From Mycoplasma mycoides subsp. capri (GTDB lineage Bacteria; Bacillota_I; Bacilli_A; Mycoplasmatales; Mycoplasmataceae), in assembly GCF_018389705.1 (NCBI RefSeq), contig NZ_CP065581.1, positions 450,001-482,000 of the forward strand: DNA of 32,000 nt, given 5' to 3'. Positions 10,001-21,969 of the stretch are shown piece by piece. Position 1 is the stretch's first letter; each line of letters begins with the position of its first letter. A model generated the notes under the pieces. That model worked only from the letters and a program-made list of their open reading frames with translations. It was not told where the DNA came from and did not search any database. The position numbers and the translations under genes were made by a program.

Positions 10001-10282
10001 ATGCGTTTCTTATTAGGTTTACAATATTTTGCTTCTAAAAAAGGAGTTGGATCAACAAAAAATGGTCGTGATTCAGAATCAAAACGTTTAGGAGCTAAAA
10101 AATCTGATGGTCAATTCACTAATGCAGGTTCAATTATTTATAGACAAAGAGGAACTAAAATTCATCCTGGTTTAAATGTTGGACGTGGTGGAGATGATAC
10201 TTTATTTGCTTTAATTGCTGGTACAGTTAAATATGAAAAATTTGGAAAAAACCGTACTAGAGTAAGTGTTATTCCTAACTAA
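10001..10282 (+). CDS. rpmA: 50S ribosomal protein L27 with cleavable N-terminal extension
   Basis: [39 protein letters not shown]. Confidence 0.96.
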
Positions 10283-10287
10283 TTTAA

Positions 10288-10314
10288 AGAACTCATATGA
10301 GTTCTTTTTTTTAT
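10288..10314 (+). terminator. Rho-independent terminator after rpmA
   Basis: aaagaactcatatgagttctttttttt. Confidence 0.88.
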
Positions 10315-10449
10315 TAAATAAATCAAGTCAAGAGTAAAATAAGAAAAGATACTAGATTAGATATAATAATAGTATAAGGGCAGTAATAAATAGTTTTACA
10401 TCTCTTATTTTAAATTTTTATTAATAATAAAGAAAGGCAGTAGATATAT

Positions 10450-11337
10450 ATGAAAAACCTAAAAGGTGTGTTTGCTGCTTTATTGATACCATATAAAAGT
10501 GATGGTTCAATAGATGAGCAGGCATTAGAAAAGTTCATCGATTATAATATTGAAGTTTCAAATGTTGATGGACTTTATGTTAATGGATCAACAGGTGAAG
10601 CATTTCTACTTTCAAATTCTGAAAGAAAACGTATTTTAGAAATTGTTGCAAAACACGTTAATAAAAGAGTACCTCTAATTGCTCAAGTTGGTTCTTTAAA
10701 TATTTATGAATCAATTGAACAAGCAAAATTAGCTGAACAATTAGGTTATGATGCAATTAGTGCAGTTACTCCATTTTATTACAAATTTAATTTAGATCAA
10801 ATTCTAAATTATTATAAAGAAATTAAAAAATCAACTAGTTTACCTTTAATTGCATATTATATTCCAATATTATCTGGTGTTAATTTTTCACTTGAAGCAT
10901 TTGAAAAATTATTTGCTATTAATGGAATAATTGGTGTAAAATTCACAGCAACTGATTTATACACTCTAGAAAGAATTAAAGCAAAATTTCCTGATAAATT
11001 AGTATTTTATGGATTTGATGAACAACAATTATCTGCTTCAATTTATAATATTGATGGTGTAATTGGCTCAACTTTTAATGTTAATGCTAAAAAAGCTAAA
11101 AAGTTATTTGAATTAATTAAAAATGGACAAAACCAACAAGCTTTAGAATTACAAAAAGAAATTAATGATTTTATTGAAATAGTTTTAGCTAATGGGTTAT
11201 ATGCTATTTTAAAAGAAATTATTAGACAACATTATGATTTAAATGAAGTATTTTGTAGATTACCAATGACTCAAGTAATTTCTCAATATGCACTAAAAGC
11301 AAAAGAAATTAAAGATAAATATTTAACTGATATTTAG
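10450..11337 (+). CDS. nanA: N-acetylneuraminate lyase
   Basis: DHDPS-family fold motifs GLYVNGSTGEAFLLSNSER, YYIPILSGVNF, GVKFTATDLYTLE; nan operon context. Confidence 0.93.
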   Translation: MKNLKGVFAALLIPYKSDGSIDEQALEKFIDYNIEVSNVDGLYVNGSTGEAFLLSNSERKRILEIVAKHVNKRVPLIAQVGSLNIYESIEQAKLAEQLGYDAISAVTPFYYKFNLDQILNYYKEIKKSTSLPLIAYYIPILSGVNFSLEAFEKLFAINGIIGVKFTATDLYTLERIKAKFPDKLVFYGFDEQQLSASIYNIDGVIGSTFNVNAKKAKKLFELIKNGQNQQALELQKEINDFIEIVLANGLYAILKEIIRQHYDLNEVFCRLPMTQVISQYALKAKEIKDKYLTDI

Positions 11338-11338
11338 T

Positions 11339-13042
11339 ATGAATAATTTAATATTTTTACAAAGTACATCTCAATCTACATCTAAATCATTTCACTGAGC
11401 TGATTATTTAGTATTAGTAATTTATTTATTATTTACACTAGGAATTGGTTTATACTTTCAATTTAAATCAAAATTACAAAAAGCTGAAAATACAGATGAA
11501 TATTTTAAAGCTGGAGGAAAAACTCCTGGTTGAGTAGCTGGTTTTTCAATTTATGCAACAACACTGTCAGCTATTACTTATATGGCTACACCAGCTAAAG
11601 CCTTTTCAACAGACTGATTATTTGCATTTGGAAACTTAACAATTTTTATAGCAACTCCTTTATTAATTAGATTTATCATTCCATTTTTTAAAAAATTAAA
11701 TGATGTTTCTGGGTATGGTTTTTTAGAAAAACGTTTTAGTTATTTTTTAAGAGTAGCTGCTAGTTTAATGTTTATTTTATTTCATGTTATTAGAGTTGGT
11801 TTAATTATTTATTTACCAACTATTGCTTTAACTGCAGTTACAAATATTAATCCTTATTTAATAGCTGTTATAATCGGAATATTTTGTGTAATTTCAACTG
11901 TTTTAGGTGGATTAAATGGAGTTATCTGATCTGATTTTATTCAAGCTGTTGTTTTAATAGGTGGGATTTTATTAGCAATTATTTTTGCTTTAATAAAAAT
12001 GCCAAATTTAAACGAAGTTAATAGTATTGTTATAAATAATCATAAACTATTAGCAAAAGAATCAATTATTCCTCAATCTTGAGCTAAACCTTGAATATTA
12101 ATTTTATTTTTTGGTCAATTGATTAATACATTTTATCAATACATAGGATCTCAAGATGTAGTTCAAAGATATCAGTCAAACCAAAGCTTTAAACAAGTTA
12201 AAAAAGGGTTATGAACTAATGCAATTCTATCTTTAATTACTATTTTATTATTTTATGGAATGGGTACATTATTATATGCATTTTATGTTCAAAAAACAGG
12301 TTTAACTAGTATAGATGAAATAATGAAAAATATTGGAATTAATGCAAATAACCAAATTTTACCTTATTTTATAGTAACAGTTTTACCAGTTGGTATTAGT
12401 GGATTAATTATTGCTGGAATTTATTCAGCATCAATGAGTACTATTTCTTCATCACTACACTCAGCTGCAACTTGTATTGTTGAAGATATTTTAATAAGAA
12501 TAAAACCAAATTTAAAAGATAAACAAAAAATGTATTGAGCAAAAGGTTTAATATTAGGAATTGGATTATTAGGAATAATTGCTGCTTTAGTTTTAATTGT
12601 TACTAAAGCTGATAACTTATTAGATCTATTTGCTGCAATTATTGGATTGTTTGGAACTTCAGTAACTGTAATTTATTTATTAGGTATTTTTACAAAAAGA
12701 ACTTCAAATACTGGAGCTATTTTAGGAGCAATTAGTTCATTTATTATAGTTTTTGTTATTTTTATAATAAATAAAACTACTAAAATAGCGATTTCAGATT
12801 TTTATGGAATTATTTTAGCTTTTATTATTGGATTATTAGTTGGATATTTATCAAGTTTTATTTTTAAAAACAAAAAATTAAATCAACTTGAAGGTTTAAC
12901 TGTACATACTTTTTCAAAACAAGACTTTAATAAAATGGTTGAAGATGGTGAAAAAGAATGACAAGAAATTAAAGCTAGTGAATCTCAATTTAAAAAAGAT
13001 TTAATTAATAAAATTAAAAATAAAAAGGTAGCTAAAAATTAG
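11339..13042 (+). CDS. Sodium:solute symporter (SSS family), probable sialic acid transporter
   Basis: 567 aa with TGA=Trp, about 13 TM segments; ATG follows nanA by one base and lies inside the nan operon. Confidence 0.85.
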
Positions 13043-13050
13043 GAGAAATT

Positions 13051-13500
13051 ATGATTTATGATAAGATTTCTAATTTAAATAGATATTTAAACCTTCATAA
13101 AAACATTGATTTTGCTATTAATTTTATTTTAAATAATAATTTAAAAGAACTTAAAGATGGAATTAATGTTATTAGTGATACTTTGTTTTATAACAAGTTT
13201 ATAACAAATACAATAGATATAAATAATGCAGTTTTTGAATCACATAAAAAATATTTAGATTTACATATTTTAATTAGTGGAGATGAATTTATTGGTCATG
13301 AATTTGTAGATGACTTAAATGAACAAGTTGAGTATAATTTAAAAGATGATGTATATTTATATAAAACAAAAACTAAAAAAACTATCTATCAAAATAACCA
13401 ATCATTTGCATTATTTTTTCCAACAGATGCCCATTCACCAAAAATCAAAGCTAACTCAGATCAAATTAATAAAGTAGTTTTTAAGATTTTATATGACTAA
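13051..13500 (+). CDS. YhcH/YjgK/YiaL (NanQ-like) family protein
   Basis: ESHKKYLDLHILISGDEFI...FALFFPTDAHSPKI motifs. Confidence 0.85.
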   Translation: MIYDKISNLNRYLNLHKNIDFAINFILNNNLKELKDGINVISDTLFYNKFITNTIDINNAVFESHKKYLDLHILISGDEFIGHEFVDDLNEQVEYNLKDDVYLYKTKTKKTIYQNNQSFALFFPTDAHSPKIKANSDQINKVVFKILYD

Positions 13501-14368
13501 TATAAAAAAATATTTATCTATTGATATTGGTGGAACTTCTATAAAATATGGGATCTTTAATGAAAATTTAAATCCTTTATTTACTAATAGTATTACAACT
13601 ATTCCAATAAAAGATGAGTTATTAAAACAAATAATAGATATTATTATTTCTAGTTTACCACTTGATGGAATAAGTATAGCAACTGCTGGAGTTGTTGATA
13701 AAAATGGAGTAATTAAATTTGCAAATCAAAATATAAAAGATTATTCTAATTTTGATTTAAAAACTTATATAAAAGATTTTTTAATTACTTATAAAAATTC
13801 AGTACCAATTGAAATTATTAATGATGCTAATAGTGCTAGTTATATTGAATATGTCAATAATAAAACTATTAAAAATAGTGTCACACTAACTTTAGGAACT
13901 GGAGTTGGAATGGGAATTATTTTAAATGGTGAATTATTTTTAGCAAATAATGGTATAGCTGGAGAAATTGGAGCTATTAAAAACTTTGATCAATATATTG
14001 ATACTGATTTATCTTGATCAAAGTTTATAAAAAAACTTAATCAAAATAAATATCATTATAATTCAAATGATATTTGAACTTTATATAATAAAAATGATTT
14101 TTATAAAACTGAAATTGAAAACTATTTAGATAAATTAGTTAATTTGTTATGTACAATATCATATATTTTATCTCCACAAATTATTTATTTAGGTGGTGGG
14201 TTTAGTTATTGTAGTGAGCAAATTTTAGAACTAATTAATAATAAATTTAAAAAAGAGTTTGTATTTTATGATATTAATCCAATTAATATAAAATACACTT
14301 CAAATAAAAATGATTCTGGACTTTTAGGAGTTTTACATTTATTAGTTGATAAACATTTTAAAAATTAG
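13493..14368 (+). CDS. nanK: ROK-family sugar kinase, probable N-acetylmannosamine kinase
   Basis: YLSIDIGGTSIKYGIF, TLTLGTGVGMGIILNGEL, IIYLGGGFS; TGA=Trp joins the two ORFs; overlaps preceding gene. Confidence 0.85.
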
Positions 14369-14426
14369 ATTAAAACAACCTTTAATAGGTTGTTTTATAA
14401 TGTTAGAACTAATTTAGAAAGGTATT

Positions 14427-15107
14427 ATGAATTTAATAGATCAAATAAAAAATACATTAATTATTTCTTGTCAAGCAGTTGATGATGAACCATTAAATGA
14501 TAGTTATGTATTAAGTAAAATGTGTTATGCATTAGTTTTAGGTGGTGCTAAAGTACTTAGATTAAGTCAAGTTGAACATATTAAAAAAATTAAAGAAGTT
14601 GTAAATGTTCCAATTATTGGATTGATTAAAAAACATTATGATAATAGTGAAGTGTTTATTACTCCAACAATTAAAGAAGTAGATCAACTAGTTGATTTAA
14701 AAGTAGATATTATTGCACTTGATGCTACTTTAAGAAAAAGACCAGATCAAGATTTAACAAATTTAATTAAAACAATTAAAACAAAATATCCTAATCAATT
14801 ATTAATGGCTGATTGTTCTAATATAAATGATGCTATTAATGCTCAAAATTTAGGATTTGATTTAATAAGTACAACTTTAAGAGGTTATACTAAAGATACT
14901 TTGAATCATAATAATATAGAAAATGATTATCAATTTTTAAAAGATTTAAAAAAAGTAATTACAAAACCAATTATTGCTGAAGGTGGAATATGAACTCCAC
15001 AACAAGCAAAAGAGATTTTAAATCTAGGAATTCATTCTGTTGTTGTTGGTTCTGCTATAACTAGATTACATTTAATAGTTAAATATTGAAATGATAATTT
15101 AAAATAA
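14427..15107 (+). CDS. nanE: N-acetylmannosamine-6-phosphate 2-epimerase
   Basis: ALVLGGAKVLRLSQ, NVPIIGLIKKHY, KPIIAEGGIWTPQQAKEILNLGIHSVVVGSAITR. Confidence 0.92.
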
Positions 15108-15262
15108 AGATTGTATAAACAAATATTTTTTAATGCTTATTTTTAATAGAACTATAGTGGATAATGATTTTTAAAATCAGTAGTTTTTAGTGATTTTATG
15201 TCTAAGTTGATAAATAATTATTAAAGTTGATTTGTTATATTATTATATTGGGAGTGTTTATT

Positions 15263-16612
15263 ATGAAAATTGATGAAAAAGAATTAATATCTAAATATTT
15301 CGATCAAGCTTTAAATGAAACAAAAAAAGTTGTCTCAATTCCTTCTTTTTTAACTGAACCAACAGCTGATGCTCCTTATGGAAAAGCTTGTAAAGAAGTA
15401 TTAGACTATGTAATTGATCTTGCTAATAATTTAGGTTTTCAAACTTATAAAGATAAAAATAATAAATATGGGTTTGTTGATTATGGAACTGGTGAAAAAT
15501 TATTTGTCATTTTAGCTCATTTAGATGTAGTTCCTCCAGGAAATATTGAACAATGAGTTACTGATCCTTTTACTCCAATCATTAAAGATAATAAATTAAT
15601 CGGAAGAGGAACTTTTGATGATAAAGGTCCAGCTATGATGAACTTATTTGCTTTAAAATATTTAAAAGACCATAATTATGTATCTTCAAAATATAAAATT
15701 AGATTAATTTTTGGATTAACTGAAGAAACTACTTGAGATTCAATTAAAACTTATGTTAATGATCATGGAGTTGCTGATTTAGGTTATACTCCAGATGGTG
15801 AATTTCCTGTAGTTTATGCTGAAAAATGAATTACAAATTTAGATATTATTTCAGATGAACCAACTGATATTCAAATTAGTGGTGGAGCTGCTTATAATGT
15901 AATTTGTGATACAGTTTCATATAAAGGACCAAAAATAAAAGAAATCCAAGACTATCTAATAAAAAACAACATAACTACTAAAATTGAAGATGATAAATTA
16001 ATTGTTCAAGGAAAAGCAGGACACGGAAGTTTACCTTGATATGGAGTTAATGCAGCAACTTGATTAGCTAAAAGTATGTATGAAAATAATGTTCATCATA
16101 AAATTACAGATTATTTAGCAACTAATGTGCATTTAGACTTTAATTTAAAAAATGTCTTTGGTGATATTTCAGATGAAACTGGTGAATTAACTCAAAACGT
16201 AGGACTTATTGAAATTAAAAATAAAAATTCTAGAATTGGATTAAACTTTAGAATTCCTGTATTTACTAACCCAACTCAAATATTTATCCCAACATTAACT
16301 AAATATTTAGAAAAAATTAACTTATCATTAGAAGTTAAAAAAATCGATAATAGTTTATATGTTCATCAAGAATCAGATTTAATTAAAAAAATTATGAGAG
16401 TTTATCAAGAAGTAACTCAAGACTATAAAGCAAAACCAATTGCTATTGGTGGAGGAACTTATGCTAAAGCTATGCCTAATGTTGTAGCTTTCGGTGCAGA
16501 ATTTGATATTGAGAACTCAACAATGCATGCTTATAATGAGTATGTTAAAATTGATGATCTAAAAAAGATGCTAGAAATTTATACTAAAGCCATTGTTTTA
16601 TTAACTGAATAA
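15263..16612 (+). CDS. pepV: PepV-like M20 dipeptidase
   Basis: FVILAHLDVVPPG, GRGTFDDKGPAMMNL, FGLTEETTWDSI, GKAGHGSLPWYGVNAATWLA; 449 aa with TGA=Trp. Confidence 0.92.
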
Positions 16613-16684
16613 TTTTTTGTCTAATATTTTTATATGTTTTATGTTATAAAAAAGTTAGTAACATAGATATAAAAAGGAAGAGAT

Positions 16685-17125
16685 ATGATGAAAAAATATT
16701 TATTTAACTTATTAACTATAATTTATATGTTTATGATCGTTATAATTGCAAATGAATCATTTGGTTATGGTCATAATGCTCAATTACACTTACTAGGTAG
16801 AATTAATCCTGCTTATGGTTTAGCTGTAAGTGGAATTGTTTTAAGTTCATTATTATTAGTTATTCCTTTTTTACTAACTTTTGTTAAACAAACTAGAAAA
16901 GTAGAAAAAATTTTATTTATAACTAATTTTGTAATTTTTGTTATTACTATAGTTTTATTATTTTTAGCAAGCATATTTTTTATGGTTAATAAAATAGGCA
17001 CTATTGGATCACATATTGGAATTATTGTTTTATATTTAACTGTAGTTGGTATAGTTTGTCAAAATTATTCTAATATTTTTAAAATTAAACTAAATAAAAA
17101 GAATAAACTAAATACAGATAAATAA
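16685..17125 (+). CDS. Four-TM hypothetical membrane protein
   Basis: Hydrophobic 146-aa ORF with RBS-like aggaagaga. Confidence 0.65.
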   Translation: MMKKYLFNLLTIIYMFMIVIIANESFGYGHNAQLHLLGRINPAYGLAVSGIVLSSLLLVIPFLLTFVKQTRKVEKILFITNFVIFVITIVLLFLASIFFMVNKIGTIGSHIGIIVLYLTVVGIVCQNYSNIFKIKLNKKNKLNTDK

Positions 17126-17148
17126 AATAATGATTATTAAGGAGAAAT

Positions 17149-17772
17149 ATGAGTAAAAAAGTTAGCATTATTTTAATAGCTGGTGGTAGTGCTAGTGGAA
17201 AAACAACTATTGCTAGTAAAATAGCTAATGAGATTTTAAAAGATAAATCTGTAGAACATATTTCAATGGATAATTACTATAAAGATTTTACTAACTTATC
17301 TTTAGAGCAAAGAAACCATATTAATTTTGATCACCCAAATTCAATTGATATTGATCTTTTAATTAAAGATTTAAAACAACTTTTAAAAAGACATGATATT
17401 TTTGTTCCAACTTATGATTATAAAAAACATATTAGAACAAATAAAGAAAAACTAATTAAAGCTAGTGATGTTATTATAGTTGATGGTATCTTTTCATTAC
17501 ATTTTGAAAAATTACGCGAACTTGGAGATATTAAAATATTTGTAAAAACTCCTGATGATTTAAGATTTATTAGAAGATTAGTCAGAGATATAAAAGAACG
17601 TAATAGAACTATTGAAAGTGTTATTGATCAATACTTAACTGATGTTAAACCTATGCATGATCTTTTTATAGAACAAACTATTGATTATGCAGATATTGTA
17701 ATACCATTTAAAAAAGGAAATGATGTAGCTATTGATATAGTTGCTTCAAAAATTAAAGACTTATTAAATTAA
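17149..17772 (+). CDS. udk: Uridine kinase
   Basis: IILIAGGSASGKTTIASKI, MDNYYKD, NFDHPNSIDIDLL, RRLVRDIKERNR. Confidence 0.95.
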   Translation: MSKKVSIILIAGGSASGKTTIASKIANEILKDKSVEHISMDNYYKDFTNLSLEQRNHINFDHPNSIDIDLLIKDLKQLLKRHDIFVPTYDYKKHIRTNKEKLIKASDVIIVDGIFSLHFEKLRELGDIKIFVKTPDDLRFIRRLVRDIKERNRTIESVIDQYLTDVKPMHDLFIEQTIDYADIVIPFKKGNDVAIDIVASKIKDLLN

Positions 17773-17806
17773 AATTACTTAATAAAAAACAAAATAAGTA
17801 TTATTT

Positions 17807-17839
17807 AAAAAGCGTTACTAAAAAAAGTAACGCTTTTTT
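17807..17839 (+). terminator. Terminator after udk, may act in both directions
   Basis: aaaaagcgttact...agtaacgcttttt. Confidence 0.82.
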
Positions 17840-17851
17840 ATATCTAAGTAT

Positions 17852-20590
17852 TTATTTGATATGTTTTTTATTTTTGTTTTTAATTATAATTATGATTATT
17901 GCAATTATAGTTATTAAACTAATAGGTAAAATTATTGATAAAACTATAATTGAAATATTTTTGTTTTTATTGTTTTGTAAGTTATATTTTTCAAGATTAA
18001 CCTTTATTGTTGATGAAGAATCATGATTAAGATCATCTTTATATTTAAAATAAACTATTTTATTAAAAGGAATTTCTAACTTATCAAGTGAATGATATTC
18101 TTTAAACACTTTATTATCATATGAATATAAAACTTTATTATCAAATATTAATTTATCTTTATTTATAATTGATGATTTTGAAATCTGTTTTGGTTTTATT
18201 GATCATTTAAATTCTAATTTGTTTTTATTGTTATTAAATACATAATTATTATCAATAATCTCTAATGTTGTTATATAGTTTCCTGAATTAATATGTTCAT
18301 TATTAGTTATTTTTATAATGTTTTTATCAATTGGTGTATCAAATTCTAGTTTATGATAGTTTGTATCATATATAAATGTATTTTCTAGTTTAGGTTTGAT
18401 ATTTATTATTCTTTTTACAGGATTGATATTAAAATCAAGATTATATGTTTTGTTATTATATTTAAATTCTAAAATAATTTTATTGTCATTATATTTTATT
18501 GTATCAATGTATTGATTATTAATATTTTTAATTTTTACATTTGGTTTTATATGTTTTATTTGGTTATTATCTATTATTTTAATATCAAATTCATCATTAA
18601 TTTTTTGATTTATTAAATAGTATTTTTTAATATTATTTATTATTAAAGTGGGTTCTTTTTCTTCAAATACAGGTTTAATAATAATTGGTGTATTATATGT
18701 TTGATTATTAGTTTTATGTTTATTACCTATATAATTTAAATCTAATACATTAGTTTTTAAACTATTTATAATTTCATATGATATATAGTACTTATTTTTA
18801 GATTGATCAAATAATAAATCTTCTTCTTCTCCGTTTTTATTTATATATACATATTTTAAAAACTTCAAATTATTATTTGTAGGTGTTTCTAAATACTTTT
18901 TATCAAAATAACTATTTTTAAAAAAAGGAATTTCATTAGTTAAGTTTTTAATTTTAGTATTATTTGTTAAATAAATTTTTACAAAATAATAATTAATATT
19001 ATTATCTAGTCTATAAAATTGATACTTATTTGAAGCTATTTTTTTATTATCTACATATTTATCTATATCTAATTGAAATTCATTTTGATCCTTATTTAAG
19101 ATAGTTTCAGGTTTTAAGATATCTTTTTGATTTATTTTATAGTTTATTTTATCTTTTTTATCACTATAAAGATAAAGAGGTTTGTATTCAAAATTAAGAT
19201 TATTGTTTTTATCTATAAGAATTACAGGTAAATTGTCATTTGCAACAAAACTATTATAGTTATGAAAAACTAAATGTTGTTTATTATTATAATCTCAATA
19301 TGAGTTAGCTGAAATTGTATTTGTTTGATCTAAAAGATAAATTTGTCTATGTTCATGTTTAACTTTTATTGTATTTGTTTTATCTTTTAATAAACTATAT
19401 TGATAGATTAGTTTAACTGTATAACTACCAGATTTTAATTTATCTTTACTTTTTATTATTATTTTATTTTGATCAGCATTTATTTTAAATAAATCAGAAA
19501 CATCAAGATCATTTAAATAAATATAAGCATTAATATTATAGAGTTTAGCAAGATTATTATTAATGTGATATTCTATTTTTACATCTTGAGTTGTATTAAA
19601 AATATTTGTGTTTTTTGCTTTTGAACTATAGTTTTTTTGACCATAATTTTTTGTATTGTAATAATTAGAAAATTCGTTATTAAAATTATTATTACTTTTT
19701 GAAATTAATAATTTATCAGCAATATATTCATACCCATTTAAATCATTAATAATTGCTTTTGAGTTATAAGGTAAAAAATTTATTCCATCATTATTACTAT
19801 AATAACCATCACTATTTAAAACAATAAAAGCACCTTTAGAATTATCACTAGCTAAATATTGATCATCTCATCCAATAATACTTACAGCATGTGCATTTAT
19901 TTTACTAGTATAAATTAGTTCATGAACTTTAGTTTTATTATTAGTTTTTATACTAATATGTTTGTAGTTTTGATTTTCTTTAGTAGCATAGTTTTTAATT
20001 GGAACAAATAATGAACCATTATTTACTATATGTTTTTTTATATTTAAAAGATCGTATCTATTAAAACTAACATCTTTTACTTGATCTCTAAATGATTTAA
20101 TGTTTTTAGAATTGTATATTTTTTGTAATCAAGTTTTATATTGACCTTTATTTGGTACATAATATAAATCACCAAGCTTAAAATCAGATTCAAAACTGAT
20201 TCCATTTTCTTTAATTAGTTGATCATAATCAAAAAATCAAGCACCACCAGCAATTAGATCTTTTTGATTGATTGAAATGCTTGCTTCTGATAAATCATAC
20301 ATTTCATTATTATTAATCATTAATGAGGTTTCTAATGATTTTGTAGCACTAAAATCTCAACACAACCCAGTATTATATTGATATTGATTAAATAAAATAT
20401 AATCATCTCTTAAAGAATAATATGATCTATTTTCTTTTGATAAATTAGTATTATTTGAAGTATTAGTAATCATTTTATTAACATAAGTTATGTTAATATT
20501 TTGATTTGTTTTTAAAAATATAAAAAAAATAACAACAAATATTATTATTGATTGTAATAATAAAATAATTTTTTTATTAGTTTTTTTCAT
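17852..20590 (-). CDS. Membrane-anchored papain-like (C1A) cysteine protease, 912 aa
   Basis: Three track ORFs share one frame once TGA=Trp. N-terminal TM, QYNTGLCWDFSATKSLE, NAHAVSIIGWDDQ, FIVLNSDGYY, C-terminal TM NISIIVLSIILPISLITIIAIIIIIIKNKNKK. Confidence 0.82.
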
Positions 20591-20737
20591 AATCTTATTA
20601 GTAATTAAAATTAAAACTGTAAATTAATTTTATAATTACAGTTTTTTTATTTAAATAATAGTTTTAATATTTATTATATTTTAAAATTTATAATTTATAT
20701 ATCTACTTCAATATTAATTATAAAACATAGGAGAAAG

Positions 20738-21961
20738 ATGTTTAACAAAACTATTATTCATATAGATATGGATGCTTTTTTTGCAAGTTGTATGCAATTA
20801 AAACACCCTGAATTAAAAAATAAACCTATAGTAATTTCTAATAGTTTTGATAAATCTATTATTTCAACAGCTAGTTATGAAGCTAGAAAATATAATATAA
20901 AAGCAGCTATGCCTTTATTTAAAGCAAAAAAACTTTATCCTCAAATTATAAGTGTTAAACCAGATATGATTTTTATTAATAATATTTCACATCAAATTTG
21001 AGAATTTATAAAAAATAATTATACTAATAAAATTGAAGTTGCTTCAATTGATGAAGCTTATTTAGATGTAAGTGATTTGGTTAAAAATACAAATGTACTT
21101 ATACTAGCTAAAAATATTCAAAAAGATATTTATGATCAATTTAATCTAACTTGTTCAATTGGAATTGGGTTTAATAGATTTAGTGCTAAAATGTCAACTA
21201 GTTTACATAAACCAAACGGAATTACTTTAACAACAACTAGTAATTTTAAAGATAACATTTGACCTATTTCAATTAATAAAATGTATGGTTTTGGTCAATC
21301 AGCAGCTAAACTTTTAAATAATACAAAAATTAAAACTATTAAAGATTTAGCTTTATTAAGTGATGTTGAAGTTTATCAATTATTAAATAAAAAAGGTCTA
21401 GCTTTAAAAAGTGAAGCTTTAGGTTTAGGAAGTGATTATATTAATTATTTATCAAATGATTATAAAAGTATTTCAAAAGAAACAACTTTAAATACACCAA
21501 TTTATCAATATGATGAAATAGAAACTATTATTTTGAATTTATCTAAATTTATTTCATATAAATTACACAAAAATCAATTATTATGTAAAACTATTGAAAT
21601 TAAAATTAGATATAAAATTGATGAAAAACTTTTTGATAAACAAAAAAACTTAACAAGTAGACACAAACAAATTACTTTAAAAAACCACACTAATGATTTT
21701 GAAAAAATCTATAATAGTGCATTAGACTGTTTTTATAGTTTATATGATCAAAATAAAGGAATTTTATTAATTGGAGTAGGTGTTAGCAAACTAATTCATA
21801 AAAATCAAAATTGAGTACAACTTGATATTGAAAATCAAACCAAAGTTGATAAAAATCAAATAGATAATGCTTTAAAAATAGAAAATATGATTTTTGATAT
21901 TAATAAAAAATTTAAAAAACCAGTTATTTTAAAAGCTAAAGATTTAAAAAAATCTAGCTAA
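20738..21961 (+). CDS. dinB: Y-family DNA polymerase IV
   Basis: IIHIDMDAFFASCMQLKHPELKNKPIVIS, ARKYNIKAAMP, EVASIDEAYLDVSD, TCSIGIGFNRFSAKMSTSLHKPNGIT. Confidence 0.94.
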
Positions 21962-21969
21962 TAACTGGT

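Noticed and set aside
10285-10450. Possible strong promoter or operator upstream of nanA (tataat at 10362)
   Set aside because: The -10-like element is visible, but I could not find a convincing -35 or operator palindrome, so I did not call a feature.
16813-17001. 62-aa minus ORF
   Set aside because: Antisense of the membrane protein at 16685-17125 with no RBS or homology-like features.
17852-20590. Three separate small genes suggested by the ORF track
   Set aside because: All fall in one minus frame once TGA is read as Trp, so this is a single 912-aa protein.
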